Assembly (NCBI RefSeq): GCF_006345805.1
Contig: NC_042997.1
Coordinates: 112,220,001 to 112,284,000, forward strand
Reading direction: 5' to 3'
From: Octopus sinensis
Lineage: Eukaryota
DNA length: 64,000 nt
A model generated the notes under the pieces. That model made no database searches, had not been told where the DNA came from, and saw nothing but the letters and a program-made list of their open reading frames with translations. This document shows positions 11,490-24,203 of this stretch, in pieces; within the stretch, counting starts at the first letter, position 1, and the number at the start of each line of letters is the position of its first letter. The translations under genes were made by a program, and so were the position numbers.

Positions 11490-12272
11490 CAACATTATTT
11501 ACATTTGACAGATATCTGTCCTCATCTTGTTTGTTGTTAACACAATGTTTCGGCTGATATACCCTCCAGCCTTCATCAGGTGTCTTGGGGAAATTTCAAA
11601 CCTGGGTTCTCATTCCTAAAGTATGTTGTTGTTGTTATCTTTTCATTTTTGGATTTGGTTTGCAAGATTCTTTATATGAGTTCGTGTGTTGAAGCATATT
11701 CTATTGTGTCTGGGGAGAGTCATTTTCTTTTTGTGCCTTATTATGTAACACACTCACCGGTAAAATTTCCACTTTTTTCTTATTTTTATTGTCCTAAAAT
11801 TTTCGTTGCATCTTGCAATAGTTTTGAAAAGGTTGCAAGTATTGAAAAGGTTGCAAGACGTAACAAAAATTTTAGGACAATAAAAATAAGAAAAAAGTGG
11901 AAATTTTACCGTGAGTGTGTTACATAAGGCACAAAAAGAAAATGACTCTCCCTAGACACAATAGAATTGTTGTTGTTGTTATTATTATTATTATTATTCA
12001 GGTCACTGCCTGGAATTGAACTCGGAATCTTGGGGTTAGTAGCCTGCGCTCTTAACCACTATGCCATATGCCTGTGGGCATATGGCAATAATAATAATAG
12101 TACTGACATCGAAAAATACCTTAGGAACGAGAACCTAGATTTGAACTTTCCTCAAGACACCTGATGAAGGCTGGAGGGTATATCAGCCAGAACGTTGTGT
12201 TAACATCAAACAAGATGAGAACAAATATCCGTCTAATGTACATAATTCCTCATCTTTTAAATCTAGAACTGT
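11490..12272. mobile_element. Head-to-head dimer of tRNA-head + hammerhead element, with nested foldback
   Basis: Minus copy: tRNA-like A box (12056-12066), B box (12012-12023), AAT/AAC linker and body 11490-11620. Plus copy body 12105-12272. Both carry CTGATGA-AGGCTG…CAGCC-GAAA-like cores, each with one core lesion. Confidence 0.75.
11699..11966. mobile_element. Foldback (palindromic) element; single arm also at 42660-42790
   Basis: Arms of about 120 bp (11699-11820, 11845-11966) are reverse complements of each other. Confidence 0.85.
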
Positions 12273-14059
12273 AGGTCTTCTCAAGTATGTCATATTGCCT
12301 GATGCATCAAGGGTATTCTTAACTGGGCTGGAGATGCATGGCTGTGATCTCACTTTAGTTGCCAAGTCTTCTCAATCACATCATATCTCCAAAGGTCTCA
12401 GTCTCCTGTCATTGCCTCTGTGAGGCCCAATGTTTGAAGGTCATGCTTCACTACCTCATCCCATGTCTTCCTGGGTCTACCTCTTCCACAGGTTCCTTCC
12501 ATGATTCCCAAAATTCACCAACATTACTCCTGATGTACCTATCCATCTTTCCATCTTTATGACTCTTTTAATGTTCACTTTTCTATCTTTTTGTATGTAC
12601 TTGTAGCTTTTATTGCTGTCTTTACTTATATGTCTGCTTTCTGTTCCCTCTTTTAACCTTTCCTGACAAGTTGTAGCGCATCTGAGCCCTGTATACAATA
12701 AGCTTATTATTATTATTCTGTTGAGGTCATCTTTGTCTTTCATCCTTTCAAGATCAATAAAAAAAATACCAGTTGAATACTAGGGTCAGTGTTGTAGTGG
12801 GAATATTTACCAGTCAGATCACTATATCCTATGTTGCAATTTGCTAGAATATTACCCGTGTCATCAAAAAGATCTGATCAATCAAGAATTTGCATAGAAC
12901 AGGCTCCAATGGCAATTTCATCTTTTGGTTTGCTTCTTTCTGTGCCTAGCCATCAAAATATATTCAGTGCACCTTAGATATTTAGACAAACGGTAAGGAG
13001 ATGAGATGGCAGACAGACAGCAAAGAGACAGTGGACAGCAGTTAAAGCAAGAGATATTAGATGTTAGCATGGCCAGCAGCTAACCACATTTTTACCACTG
13101 CTACAATCACACAAATCCAAGAACAATTATCTCCAAACTCTGTTGATGTTTTGTCATTCATAGCAATGACCACATTTTTTTTTGTTTACGAAAAGTATTT
13201 TATTTATCAAAAATCTCAACAGATATCAGTGTTTTTCTTTGAAACAAGTGGTGACCCGAGTGTATGATGAACATTTCACAACCTCATCTTTGTAACAAGT
13301 AGTAACCCTGAAGGAAGAATATGACGCAACCTAGAACTTGCTGATGACCTTGTTTAAGGACATTGTGCAGCTTTGCAAGGTGAAAAGCACTGCCATTACA
13401 CAGCTTACCAATACCTTATGAATTCACATGAACAACATCGATATGTCCCTGAGAAAATTATCTCCCCAGGCAACTTTTCTCTGCCATTGTAGCCTTGCTG
13501 TGCCATCACCATCTCTGTCAGTGAAGCCCTGGTGATCAGGTCCCAAACATGCTTCTTATTATCACATCAAACGTTTTCAGCAACACTGCTTAGATGCCAG
13601 TCTGCCACCTGCAACATCAACCTGAACATTTGCACAACCAATATCAGTACGTTCTTCCACAGATGCCTCCATCTGCTCCAGTGACAAGAATAAGATAAGT
13701 CAATATGTTTTCTCAGGGCAGTTTGAAAAAACACTGTTTTCTTTATCAAGATTATTACTTCTTTCTTACTGCTTTCTCCTTACTGCTCATTAACACATAC
13801 GTCTGAATACATTTTTACATTGCATACACTTCAGCATGCACACATTCACATCTAAAATGCACACAAACACCCAGAAACCTGCACAGCATGTTCATAGACA
13901 CTTAGCAAACATTCTCATTGCTAGCAGTATACATCAAATTACTATGGATAGAAGATGCAACCCTACTTTGGCTGCTTTTGTTCAGAAGCTTGGAAATAAC
14001 TGAATTGGTTCACTATACTGACCCACTGATAATCAATGCAAATGCACACATATTCATCA

Positions 14060-16848
14060 AGAAATTTGATGAGAGGGAGGAGGAGCTTCAGACGTCGGAC
14101 ATAGAAGGTAGCTGGGAATTCCTACGGGAGAGCTTGCTGAGTGCCACAGACCGAGTCTGTGGATGGTGCAAAGTCCCTTCCAGACCTAGAGTTACGTGGT
14201 GGTGGAATAGTGCAGTAGACAAAGCCATTAGTGCAAAGAGATGGGCCTGAAAGCCTGGAGGGATGGGGGTAGCAGGGAACTGTACCAGGTAGCCAAAAGG
14301 GAGGCTGGGCGGCAGGTATACATAGCCAAAGATGTAGCAGAAAAGAAGAAGTTTGCCAATGTCCAGCGATGTGAGGACCAAAGAGCTGAGGTATTTCGGA
14401 TTGCCAGACAGTGTGTCAGAGAAAATAGTGATGTTACAGGAGAGAAATGTGTCCGCATGGATGATGGGGCACTTGCTTTTACTGTTAGTGAAAAGAAAGA
14501 GGCTTGGAGAAGCCATTATGAAAGACTGCTGAATGAGGAGAATGAATGGGAGGAGGAGAGCCTGCCAAATGTTGACCCAGTAGAGGTACCAGCTACCCAA
14601 ATAGACAGCTCCCTTGTAGTTAAGGCAATTAAGGATATGAAACCAGGTAAAGCCCCCAGCCCATCAGGAATCACTGCTGAGATGCTTAAAACAGCTGGCT
14701 ATGTGGGCTATGGCCTAGTCACCCGCATTGTAAACCAGGTAGTTCATAATGGAGTCATACCCAATGACTGGCGTAGCAGCACCATAGTCAACTGCTACAA
14801 GGGTAAGGGTGATGCTCTAGATAGAAATAACTACAGGGGTATCAAACTGTTGGATCAGGTGATGAAGGTCACAGAGAGGGTCATAACCCATCTCATTAGG
14901 GAGAGAATTTGCTTAGATGAGATGCAGTTCGGTTTTGTACCGGGTAGAAGCACCACTGATGCTATATTCCTGGTCCGACAACTGCAGGAGAAGTACCTAG
15001 CTAAAGATAAACCCCTCTACATAGCTTTTGTGGACTTGGAGAAAGCCTTTGACAGGGTTCCCCCGTTCCCTTATCTGGTGGTCGATGCGGAAACTGGAGA
15101 TTGACGAATGGCTAATAAGGGCTGTACAGGCTCTATACAGAGAGGCTGCCAGCAAGGTTAGGATTGGCAACGAATATAGTGAAGAATTCCGGGTAGATGT
15201 AGGTGTGCACCAAGGCTGAGCCCTCAGTCCCCTTTTATAGTCCTCTCCTATTTATCATAGTCCTCCAGGCAATAACAGAGGAATTCAAGATGGGTTGCCC
15301 TGGGAGCTCCTCTATGCTGATGACCTGGCTCTCATAGCAGAATCACTACCGGAACTAGAAAAGAAATTTCGGGTGTGGAAGCAAGATTTGGAATCAAAGG
15401 GCCTTAGAGTAAATGTAGCAAAGACCAAAGTTATAGTAAGCTGAAAGGCGAACTCAGCACACACACCCTCGGGCAGGTGGCCCTGCTCGATCTGTAGGAA
15501 AGGTGTAGGTTGAAACTCCATAAGATGCACCCAATGTAAGCTATGGACGCACAAGAGGTGCAGCAACATTAAAGGGAAATTAACAGATAAGATAGCTTTC
15601 ATGTGCGGCAGATGCACAGGGACAATAGACACCACAGACACTCAGAAAACAGATTCCGTCACACTCCAGGGGGAGAAACTAGAAGTAGTTGATAGTTTCC
15701 GCTACCTGGGTGACCAAGTTAATAGTGGAGGTGGATGCACAGAGAGTATCACCACTAGAATACAAATAGCCTGGGCAAAGTTCAGAAAGCCCCTACCCCT
15801 ACTGGCGACAAAGGGTCTCTTGCTCAGAGCGAAAGGTAGATTGTATGATGCATGTGTGCGAACTGCCATGCTTCACGGTAGTGAAACATGGGCTGTGACT
15901 GCAGAGGACATGCATAGACTTGAAAGAAATGAAGCTAGCATGATCCGCTGGATGTGTAATGTCAGTGTGCACACACGACAGAGTGTAAGCACCCTGAGAG
16001 AAATGCTGGATATAAGAAGCATCAGATGTGGTGTGCAAGAGCGAAGCTTGCAATGGTATGGTCATGTGCTGCGGATGGATGAGGAGAGATGTGTGAAGAA
16101 GTGCCACTCCCAAACAGTTGAAGGTATCAGGGGGAGAGGTAGACCCAGGAAGACATGGGATGAGGTAGTCAAGCATGACCTCAGAGCGTTGGGCCTCACT
16201 GAGGCAATGGCGAAGGACCGAGATCTCTGGAGATATGCTGTGACTGCAAAGACCCGGGCTGCTTCCTGTATTAGTTCCGCATAGCTCCTGCCCATTCAAA
16301 GTACCCTGGATCCCAGAACGTCCCACAGTGCTTGAGGAGACCTGTTGAGTCATGTACATGAACATGAACGTCGAAATAAATATCAATGGAAATAGTAGTT
16401 GTGATGCCTGTGCCGGTGGCATATAAAAAGCACTATCTGAACGTGGCCGATGCCAGCGCCGCCCCGACTGGCTTCTGTGCCGGTGGCACATAAAAAGCAC
16501 CATCCGAACATGGCTGATGCCAGCGCCGCTCCGACTGGCTTCTGTGCCGGTGGCACCATCCGAACATTGCCAGCGCCGCCTTGGCTATCTTCCGTGCCGC
16601 TGGCACGTTAAAAGCTCCAACCGATTGTGGCCGATGCTGGACCCCCCCTTGGCACCTGTGCAGGTGGCACGTAAAAAGCACCCACTACACTCGCGGAGTG
16701 GTTGGTGTTAGGAAGGGCATCCAGCTGTAGAAACTCAGCCAGATCAGACTGGAGCCTGGAGCAGCCCCTGGCTTCCCAGACCCCGGTCGAACCGTCCAAC
16801 CCGTGCTAGCGCGGAAAACGGACATTAAACGATGATGATGATGATGAT
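14060..16848 (+). mobile_element. 5'-truncated RTE LINE (RT domain + 3' UTR), inactivated
   Basis: QFGFVPGRSTTDAIF…FVDLEKAFDRVP, ELLYADDL, FRYLG and LHGSETW motifs, with a frameshift and stops. Tandem-unit 3' UTR and (GAT)n tail. Confidence 0.95.
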
Positions 16849-17389
16849 TCAAGGGCACATGAATAAAATCGTTGATGTGGCCAATGACAGTACTGCCTGA
16901 TTGGCTCTCGTGCCAGTGGAACGTTAAGAGCACATCCAAGTATAGGGTTGTAACCACCCCACTTATGAGTACCCCTCATTCATTGGACAATGAATTTTGC
17001 TTGTGAAGACCTATCAAGGCAAGTGAAATCAAATTAAAATCACTGACTTAGCTGATGACAGTACCACCCTTTCCTAATGCAAGCTTTTTTATATACTTTA
17101 CATCTGCAATTCCTGCACTATTCTCATAATTTTGTTCAATTCATTATGAACAAACATTTTCACTGGTAGGGGAGTCAGATAGCAGGAATATTTAGCAATC
17201 ACATCACTATATCTGATATTGTGATTTGCTAGATTATTACCATGATGATGGTACATGGAGAGCTGTGAAATATGTTTCTTAAGGAGAATATTGAGGAAAG
17301 CATGGACAGGTAAAGTGTCTAATGAAGAAGTGAAAGTGCTTCTTGCGTGCCACCAGCATGGGACCAGTCAGCCGGCACTACCAGAACAT

Positions 17390-17612
17390 AGTCCTTTCTA
17401 CTAAAGGCACAAGGCTTGAAATTTGGGGGACAGGGACTAGTCAGTTACATCAACCCCAGTGTTTGTTTCACTGGTACCTAATTTATCGCCCCCAAAAGGA
17501 CGAAAAGCAAAGTCGACCAAAGCAGAATTTGAACTCAGAACATAAAGACGAACGAAACACGGCTAAGCATTTCACCCAGTGGGCTAACGATTCTGCCAGT
17601 TCGTTGCCTTAC
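17390..17612 (-). mobile_element. tRNA-derived SINE family B
   Basis: Head …gagttcaaattc… and central gtcgactttgc…tcgtccttttgggggcgataaattaggtaccag domain, shared with 23973-24203. Confidence 0.75.
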
Positions 17613-19094
17613 CACCAGAATATAATGGCAATGAAAATTTCCAGTAGCTGTTTTTCCACATAGCCGTAAAGACTAAAGGTGTTGATAGGGGTTATAATAT
17701 TCCGGGGGGCGGAGGTGTAAGAGTATTAGTGATACAAGAGGAGAAGCTACAATCAAGAATAGAAACCAAACAGCATAGTATTTTATGGAAGGGCTTTACC
17801 TTCTTATCTCTAGTAGTTGCTATTATGTGGCTATTTGTTTGATAAAACTAGATTCAGACTTGTAGAATAGTGGAGAAAAATTATGTCAAAACTACATTTC
17901 CAACATTGTGTTTTAAACCTGGAAAATAATAGAATGTTCCGATAAAAATTTCTGTCAAATTGCAGACATAAAAGAATGGATATTATCTTTGGCTTAAAGA
18001 AAGAAAAAAATTCTATTGTTATGGAAATAAGTTGGCCAGTTAATGGGAATTTTACGTCAAAGGTCAGTGAAAAATGAGGACATTTACAGATAGTTGATGT
18101 AGAACCTGCAGCATTATATTCTGATTATAGGTTCTGGTTTATTATAATCTCTGGTGCCGTTTGATAGCAGTGATTGTGTTACTGAGTGCTTCAGAGGTAA
18201 ACTTAACATGGAAATTCTCAAGAAATAAACAAAAACAAAACTACAGCAAATCATGTCCTCCAATAATAAACTAGTGAAAATATGAAATTTTATTTCTGAA
18301 GTGCTTCTGATTTATTGTATGAATTTCAACAAGAGAGATTTTTTCTCTCTTTATTAGAGACTGGTCCAGAGTTTGGTGAAGACATTTGAAAAGAAAAAAA
18401 AGAAACCAAAACACATTTTCTCTCTCCCTCTCTTTCTGTCTGTCTGTCTTTCTTTCTCTCTCTCTTTCTCTGTTGTTTTCTCTCTCTATCTCACACACAC
18501 ACACAACCACCCACGTACACACATGTGAGAATTGTCCATGGACAGGGACATGGAATTCTGTGAAATAGAATGCTACAGGGTGGAATTGTAAACCCAATAT
18601 ATTTTATATTTACTCAGGCTAATGTATTGAGTTCTTATTTTTGCTTTGTTTGTAGAATTATTGTGCATGTAATAACACATGCAAACATGCTACTATATAT
18701 GTGTGTGTTTGTGTGTGTGCGTATGTGTGTCTGTCTCACTGCCTGTCTTGTGTGTACAGTTTGATGCATGGCCACTATTGTATGAGTTAGAGCTCTATGT
18801 AGATTACCATCATCCGATCAGCTTCAAGTACAGTGGTTAGTCTACCACTGTATGTAGCAGTGTTACCAGTTATGGCATACAGAGAATATCTAGGGGAAAT
18901 TAAGATAAAATTTATCTCCATTTTCACTATTTATATTTATTCATATATATATAAAGAGGAAAGAAGAACAAACAATGATAGATGACAGGAATTCATTTGA
19001 ATGAGATGTTATGTGTGTCCAACCTATGCTAGTAGCATGGAAAGTGGACGTTAAACGACGATGATGTTGATGATGATATATATATCTCATCATC

Positions 19095-19490
19095 ATCGTT
19101 TAACGTCCGCTTTCCATGCTAGCATGGGTTGGATGGTTTGACTGTGGGCTGGCGGACCAGATGGCTGCACCAGGCTCTAGTTTTGATCTGGCAGAGTTTC
19201 TACAGCTGGATGCCCTTCCTAATGCCAACCACTCCGAGAGTGTAGTGGGTGCTTTTACGTGCCACCGGCATGGGGCCAGTCAGGCAGTACTGGCAATGAC
19301 CTCACTCGAATTTTTTACACATGCCAACGGCACAGGTGCCAGTAAGGCGATGCTGGTAAACAATCCTGCTCGAATGGTGCTTCCTACATGCCACCGGTAC
19401 GGAAGCTAGTTAGCCGCTCTGGCAACGATCATGCTCGGCTGGTGCTCTTAGCACCCTACTAGCATGAGGCACAAGTGCCAGTAAGGTGAA
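19095..19490 (-). mobile_element. RTE 3'-UTR fragment
   Basis: Same 3'-UTR family as 481-850. Confidence 0.8.
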
Positions 19491-19579
19491 ATGAAAATAC
19501 ACCTTGACAGTTGTTTCAAAAATTTAACAAATTATTGATATTATTATGCATATTATGCAAACAGGTTTACATAAAGTAT

Positions 19580-20660
19580 CCACTACCTAGGTGACCAAGT
19601 CTGTAGTAGGGGGGCAGATGCTCTGAGAGTGTTGCCACTGGAATAAGATTAGCCTGGGCAAAGTTCAGAAAGCTCCTACCTCTGCTGGTGACAAAAAGCC
19701 TCTCCCTCAGAGTGAAAGGTAGATTGTATGAATATGTGTGCGAACGGCCATGCTACATAGCAGTGAAACATGGGCTGTAACTGCTGAAGACATGCATAGG
19801 CTTGAAAGAAATGAAGCTAGTATAATCCGCTGGATGTGTAGTGTCAGTGTGCACACACAACAGAGTGTAAGCGCCCTGAGAGAAATGTTGGACATAAGAA
19901 GCATCAGATGTGGTGTGCAAGAGAGACGACTGCGCTGGTATGGTCATGTGTTGCATATGGATGTGGAGAGCTATGTGAAGAAGTGTCACTCCCTAACAGT
20001 GGAAGGAACCTGTGGAAGCGGGAGACCCAAGAAAACATGGAATGAGGTGGTGAAGCATTACCTTCAAATGTTGGGCCTCACAGAGGCGATGACAGGAGCC
20101 AAAACCTCTGGAGATATGCTGTGATTGAGATGACCCAGGCAAGTAAAGTGAGATCACAGCTGTAGCATATACCAGTGTCACATAACCAGCCCCCCTTAAA
20201 AAGTACCTTTGAATTATCAGGCGACATGCCATGCTTGAAGAGACCTATTGAGTCAAGTAAAATCAAAATTTAAATCAAAACCAAAAATCAAATGGAAATT
20301 GTAGTTGTGGCCGATGCCAGTGCCACCTGACTGGCTCCGGTGCTGGTGGCACACAATAAGCACCATTCATGCGTGGGTTGATGCCAGTGCTGCCTAACTG
20401 GCTTCCTGTGACGATGGCACATAAAAAGCACCATCTGAACAGGACCAATGCCAGTGCCACCTCACTGGCTCCTATGCTGTTGGCACATAAAAAGCATCCA
20501 CTACACTCAGAGTGGTTCGTGTTAGGGAGGGCATCCAGCTGTAGAAATCTTGCCAGATCAGATTGGAGCCTGGTGCAGCCTCCTGGCTTGCCAGTCCCCA
20601 GTCAAAGCGTCCAACCCATGCCAGCATGGAAAGCAGATGTTAAACGATAATGATGATGAT
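19580..20660 (+). mobile_element. RTE LINE 3' fragment
   Basis: MRTAMLHSSETW…RLRWYGHV…GRPKKTW followed by the 3' UTR and GAT tail. Confidence 0.9.
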
Positions 20661-20964
20661 GATAAAGAAGCAAAAATATTATCAACTTGCATGAAAGTGC
20701 CACCCAGTAAATCATACCAAAATGGACAATTGGAGCCTGGTGCAGCCCTCTGGCTTGTCAGCTCCTGTCAAACCATCCAATCCATGCCAGCTTGGAAAAC
20801 AGACCTTAAACAGTGGTTGTTGTTGTGTGTGTGTATGTGTGTGTGTGTGTATGTGTGTGTGTGTGTGTGCGTGCGCATGTGCGTGTGCATAGCTCAGAGA
20901 TCAGAGAGTTTCACCAGGTCAATTTGCTATTTCTCCACACTGAGAGTTCTTAGCTCTGGTACTA

Positions 20965-21203
20965 TGGACATGTGATTAGAATGTTGCAGGAAAGAATTGT
21001 AAGACAGATTCTTTGAGCCCAGCCAACCCGCAGGAGAGCTAGGGGTAGACCAAGAACAAGATGGTTGGATAATGCCCATACTCTCAGTCATACTTGGGAA
21101 TCCAGCTGGAAAGCCCCTAATGACATTTGGTTCTGATAGGTCTCTATGTAGATGCCGAAGGAATCTACCCCAACCCCCTCAGAAATAGTGGATGGATGGA
21201 TAT
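20965..21203 (+). mobile_element. RTE 3' end with (TGGA)n tail (Expander/Rex3-like)
   Basis: Translates …RRARGRPRTRWLD… and ends gtggatggatggata. Confidence 0.55.
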
Positions 21204-21878
21204 ACCTCAAATGCATTCTTGATAACTAGTTTAATAAGTTACTGGTGCATGAGAGCCAGTCAGGTGGCACTGGCATTGACCATGCTCGAAAGGTACTTTT
21301 TACGTTCCATCAGCATGGGAGCCAGTCAGGCAGCACTGGCTTCGACTACGCTTGAATGGTGCTTTTTATGTGCTACCAGCATGAGAGCCAGTCAGGCAGC
21401 ACTGGCATCAACCATGCTCAAATGGTGCTTTTTACATGCCACTGATACTGGCATCGGCCATGCTCGAATGGTGCTTTTTATGTGCCGCTGTTACAGGTGC
21501 CAGTTAGGCAGCACTGGCATCAGTCAGGCCATTGATTTCACTTGACTCAACAGGTCTTAAGCATACTGGGTCTACAGCTCCCATACCAGTGGCACATAAA
21601 CAGCAGCATTTGTGCATCGTCGATGCCAGTGCTACGGCTACGATCTCGTTTACCTCGCCGGGCCTTCTCAAGCATGCCAAGTCAAGTTTTTAGCCAACAC
21701 TCTGTATAAACAGATATAAACACTTTATCTGAAGATTTCTTGTCACTTCCAGCCACTCTGCCCATCCATTCCATCAACATCCTTCAGGCCAGATCAATAC
21801 TCTATTAACACCAATTCCTTTTTACTCAATTTCACTTCACTTCACATTTTTCAGTCAATTTCGTTTCTTATCCATTTT

Positions 21879-22106
21879 TTCACCCTTTTTGATACCAACC
21901 TGCCTGTGATCACCCTTGGTTCTGTGATACAAATTTCCTGTTTAAGTAACCTAAATTAAAACCTTCCATCAAAATTTCATGTTACTTCATGTTCCAAATA
22001 CTAGCTTAATTGTGATGAAGTTGTTTTAATAAATTATTTCTTATTTTCAAAATTAATTGAAACATGGCTGTGTTTTACAACAGAAATATGGTAACAAAAG
22101 GGTTAA
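21879..22106. mobile_element. piggyBac-like MITE
   Basis: Ends cacccttttt-gatacc / ggtaacaaaagggTTAA; the left TTAA is degenerate. Confidence 0.55.
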
Positions 22107-22199
22107 TGTGATCTAAAAACCTTCTATCATATACACAAGTGTGTGTGTGTATTATAAAGCAAGATGAAGAAAATATGAATATTGGGAGGAGAGGTAGTG

Positions 22200-23933
22200 G
22201 GATATGGTGTGGCTGTTGATAAAATATGACAGATCATGAAAGACAGGAGAGGGTACCATATGGTTGTGTGTTTGTGATAGAGACAGAGGGACAATAGAAG
22301 GGGCAGCGCAGAGATATAAAATCAGTCACACTGATAAACTGGGCTATAATGGTGGTGGTGGGAGGGGGGATATGAGAGTGGTAGACAGGCTGACAGACAG
22401 TCAGACTGACAGATGGTAGACTGATAGAGAGGTTTTGTGTGTGTGCATCTGCTCATGTGTAAAACAATAAGTACCTTTTGATCTTTTTTCTTTTTAGAAA
22501 AGAAATGCAAATTTAAACAGAAAATAAGGCGGCAGAGAGAGAGAAAGGGAGTGGGGAGAGGGGCAAATGACAATGTAGAAAGAGAAAGGGGGGGGCAACT
22601 CATTATAGAGACACAGAAACAATAGAGAGAGAGAGATGGAAACAATTGAGAGACAGACAGACATAGAGACAGAAAGATATGCATGCGTGCGCGCGCACAC
22701 ACGCACATGCATACTATGTAGATAGAAAGATAGATGCAACCAATGTAGATAGAAGAAAAAGAAGAAGAGAGAGAGAGAGAGGGAGGGACAGATAGACAAT
22801 GTAGAAATAACTACAGACAAAATGGTGAGGAGAGAATGGGGGAGAGACTGACAGACAGACCCAGACAAAGGGGGAGAAAAGAGACACAATAGGAGAAAGG
22901 GAAGTTATGAGACAGTGGATGACATAAGCAAGCTGTGTGTGAGAGAGACTGAAAGAGAGAGGGGGAGAGAGAGAGAGGGAGTCTTAACTAGACAGCATAA
23001 TGAATATGTTTATAAGAGGGTGTATTATGTGGGTATATATGATAGAGGGAGAGAGAGAATGTGTGTGTGTGTGAGGAAGTGAGAAGTAGTGTGTGTCATA
23101 AGGAGAGATAGATAGGCAGAAAGTGTATGAGAGAGAAAGTGTGTGACTGGTAGAGTGTATATGTGAGAGAGAGAGATACAGACAGACAGACACTGTGGCT
23201 GTGTGAGAAAGACTGACAGGTAAAGGCAGAGGTGCGTAGAAAGAGAGAAAGAAAAAAGGCAGAGGCAGGCAGAAGACTGAGAGGGAATGAGAGAAGAGAA
23301 AGAGAGAGGTAGGCAGAAGACAGAGAGTAAGAGAAGAGGAGAGAGAAAGCGAAAGAGAGAGGTAGGCAGAAGCGTGAGAGAGGGAGAGAGAGTTTATGTG
23401 TAGGAGTGTGAAAAATTAAGCCTGTTTCTGCAATATAGATTGTATCAGAGATAGAGAAAGAGAGTTACTGTGCGTGTGTTTGTGATAGAAACTGTGTGTG
23501 TGTGTGTCAGTATGTGTGTAGTAAAAAAATGGAAGCATGTTTTTGTGATAAAAACGTGAAGATTAAAGCTGAGAATGTGCGGAAAGGAGTGGATAAAGTA
23601 GAGGGAAAACTGTGTGCGTATGTGTACAGTAGACTGCGTGAATGCCTGTATGAGAGTATATGTGTTTGTGTATTAGAGAATATGTGCGTATGGTTGGGTG
23701 TATGTAAAGAGGACAAGAGAGTATGTGAGTGTGTGTCTATGTACAAAGGACAAAACTTATGAGAGTGTGTGTGCCTGTGTGTAAGAAACCAAGTCTGTGT
23801 GTATGCATGGAAGGAAAGTGTCTTTGAAGCAGTGTGTGAAGAAGTCACAGATAGAGAAAGAGAGAGAGAATGGAAAAATAAAAGATATAGAAAGGCAAGG
23901 TAAACTCATCAGGAGTAACACATATATAAATAA

Positions 23934-23972
<39 letters not shown>
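22200..23972. repeat. GA/GT-rich low-complexity tract ending in (TA)n
   Basis: Degenerate (GA)n, (GACA)n and (GT)n runs. Confidence 0.9.
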
Positions 23973-23975
<3 letters not shown>

Positions 23976-24203
23976 CTTTACTACCCACAAGGGGCTAAAC
24001 ACAGAGGGGATAAACAAGGACAGACAAATGGATTAAGTCGATTACATTGCTGCCAGTGCGTAACTGGTACTTAATTTATTGACCCCGAAAGGATGAAAGG
24101 CAAAGTCGACCTCGGCGGAATTTGAACTCGGAACGTAACGACAGACAAAATACGGCCACGCATTTCGCCCAACATGCTAACGTTTCTGCCAGCTCGCTGC
24201 CTT
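23973..24203 (-). mobile_element. tRNA-derived SINE family B (young, CpG-rich copy)
   Basis: Reverse complement reads aaggcagcgagctggcagaaacgttagc…gttccgagttcaaattccgccgaggtcgactttgcctttcatcctttcggggtcaataaattaagtaccag. Confidence 0.85.

Noticed and set aside
11998-12075. Possible functional tRNA gene
   Set aside because: A and B boxes are present but the acceptor stem does not close. It is the head of a repeated element, and the same applies to the heads of SINE families A, B and C.
16400-16700. CRISPR-like repeat-spacer array
   Set aside because: The units are whole tandem repeats in an RTE 3' UTR without unique spacers, in a eukaryotic context with no cas genes.
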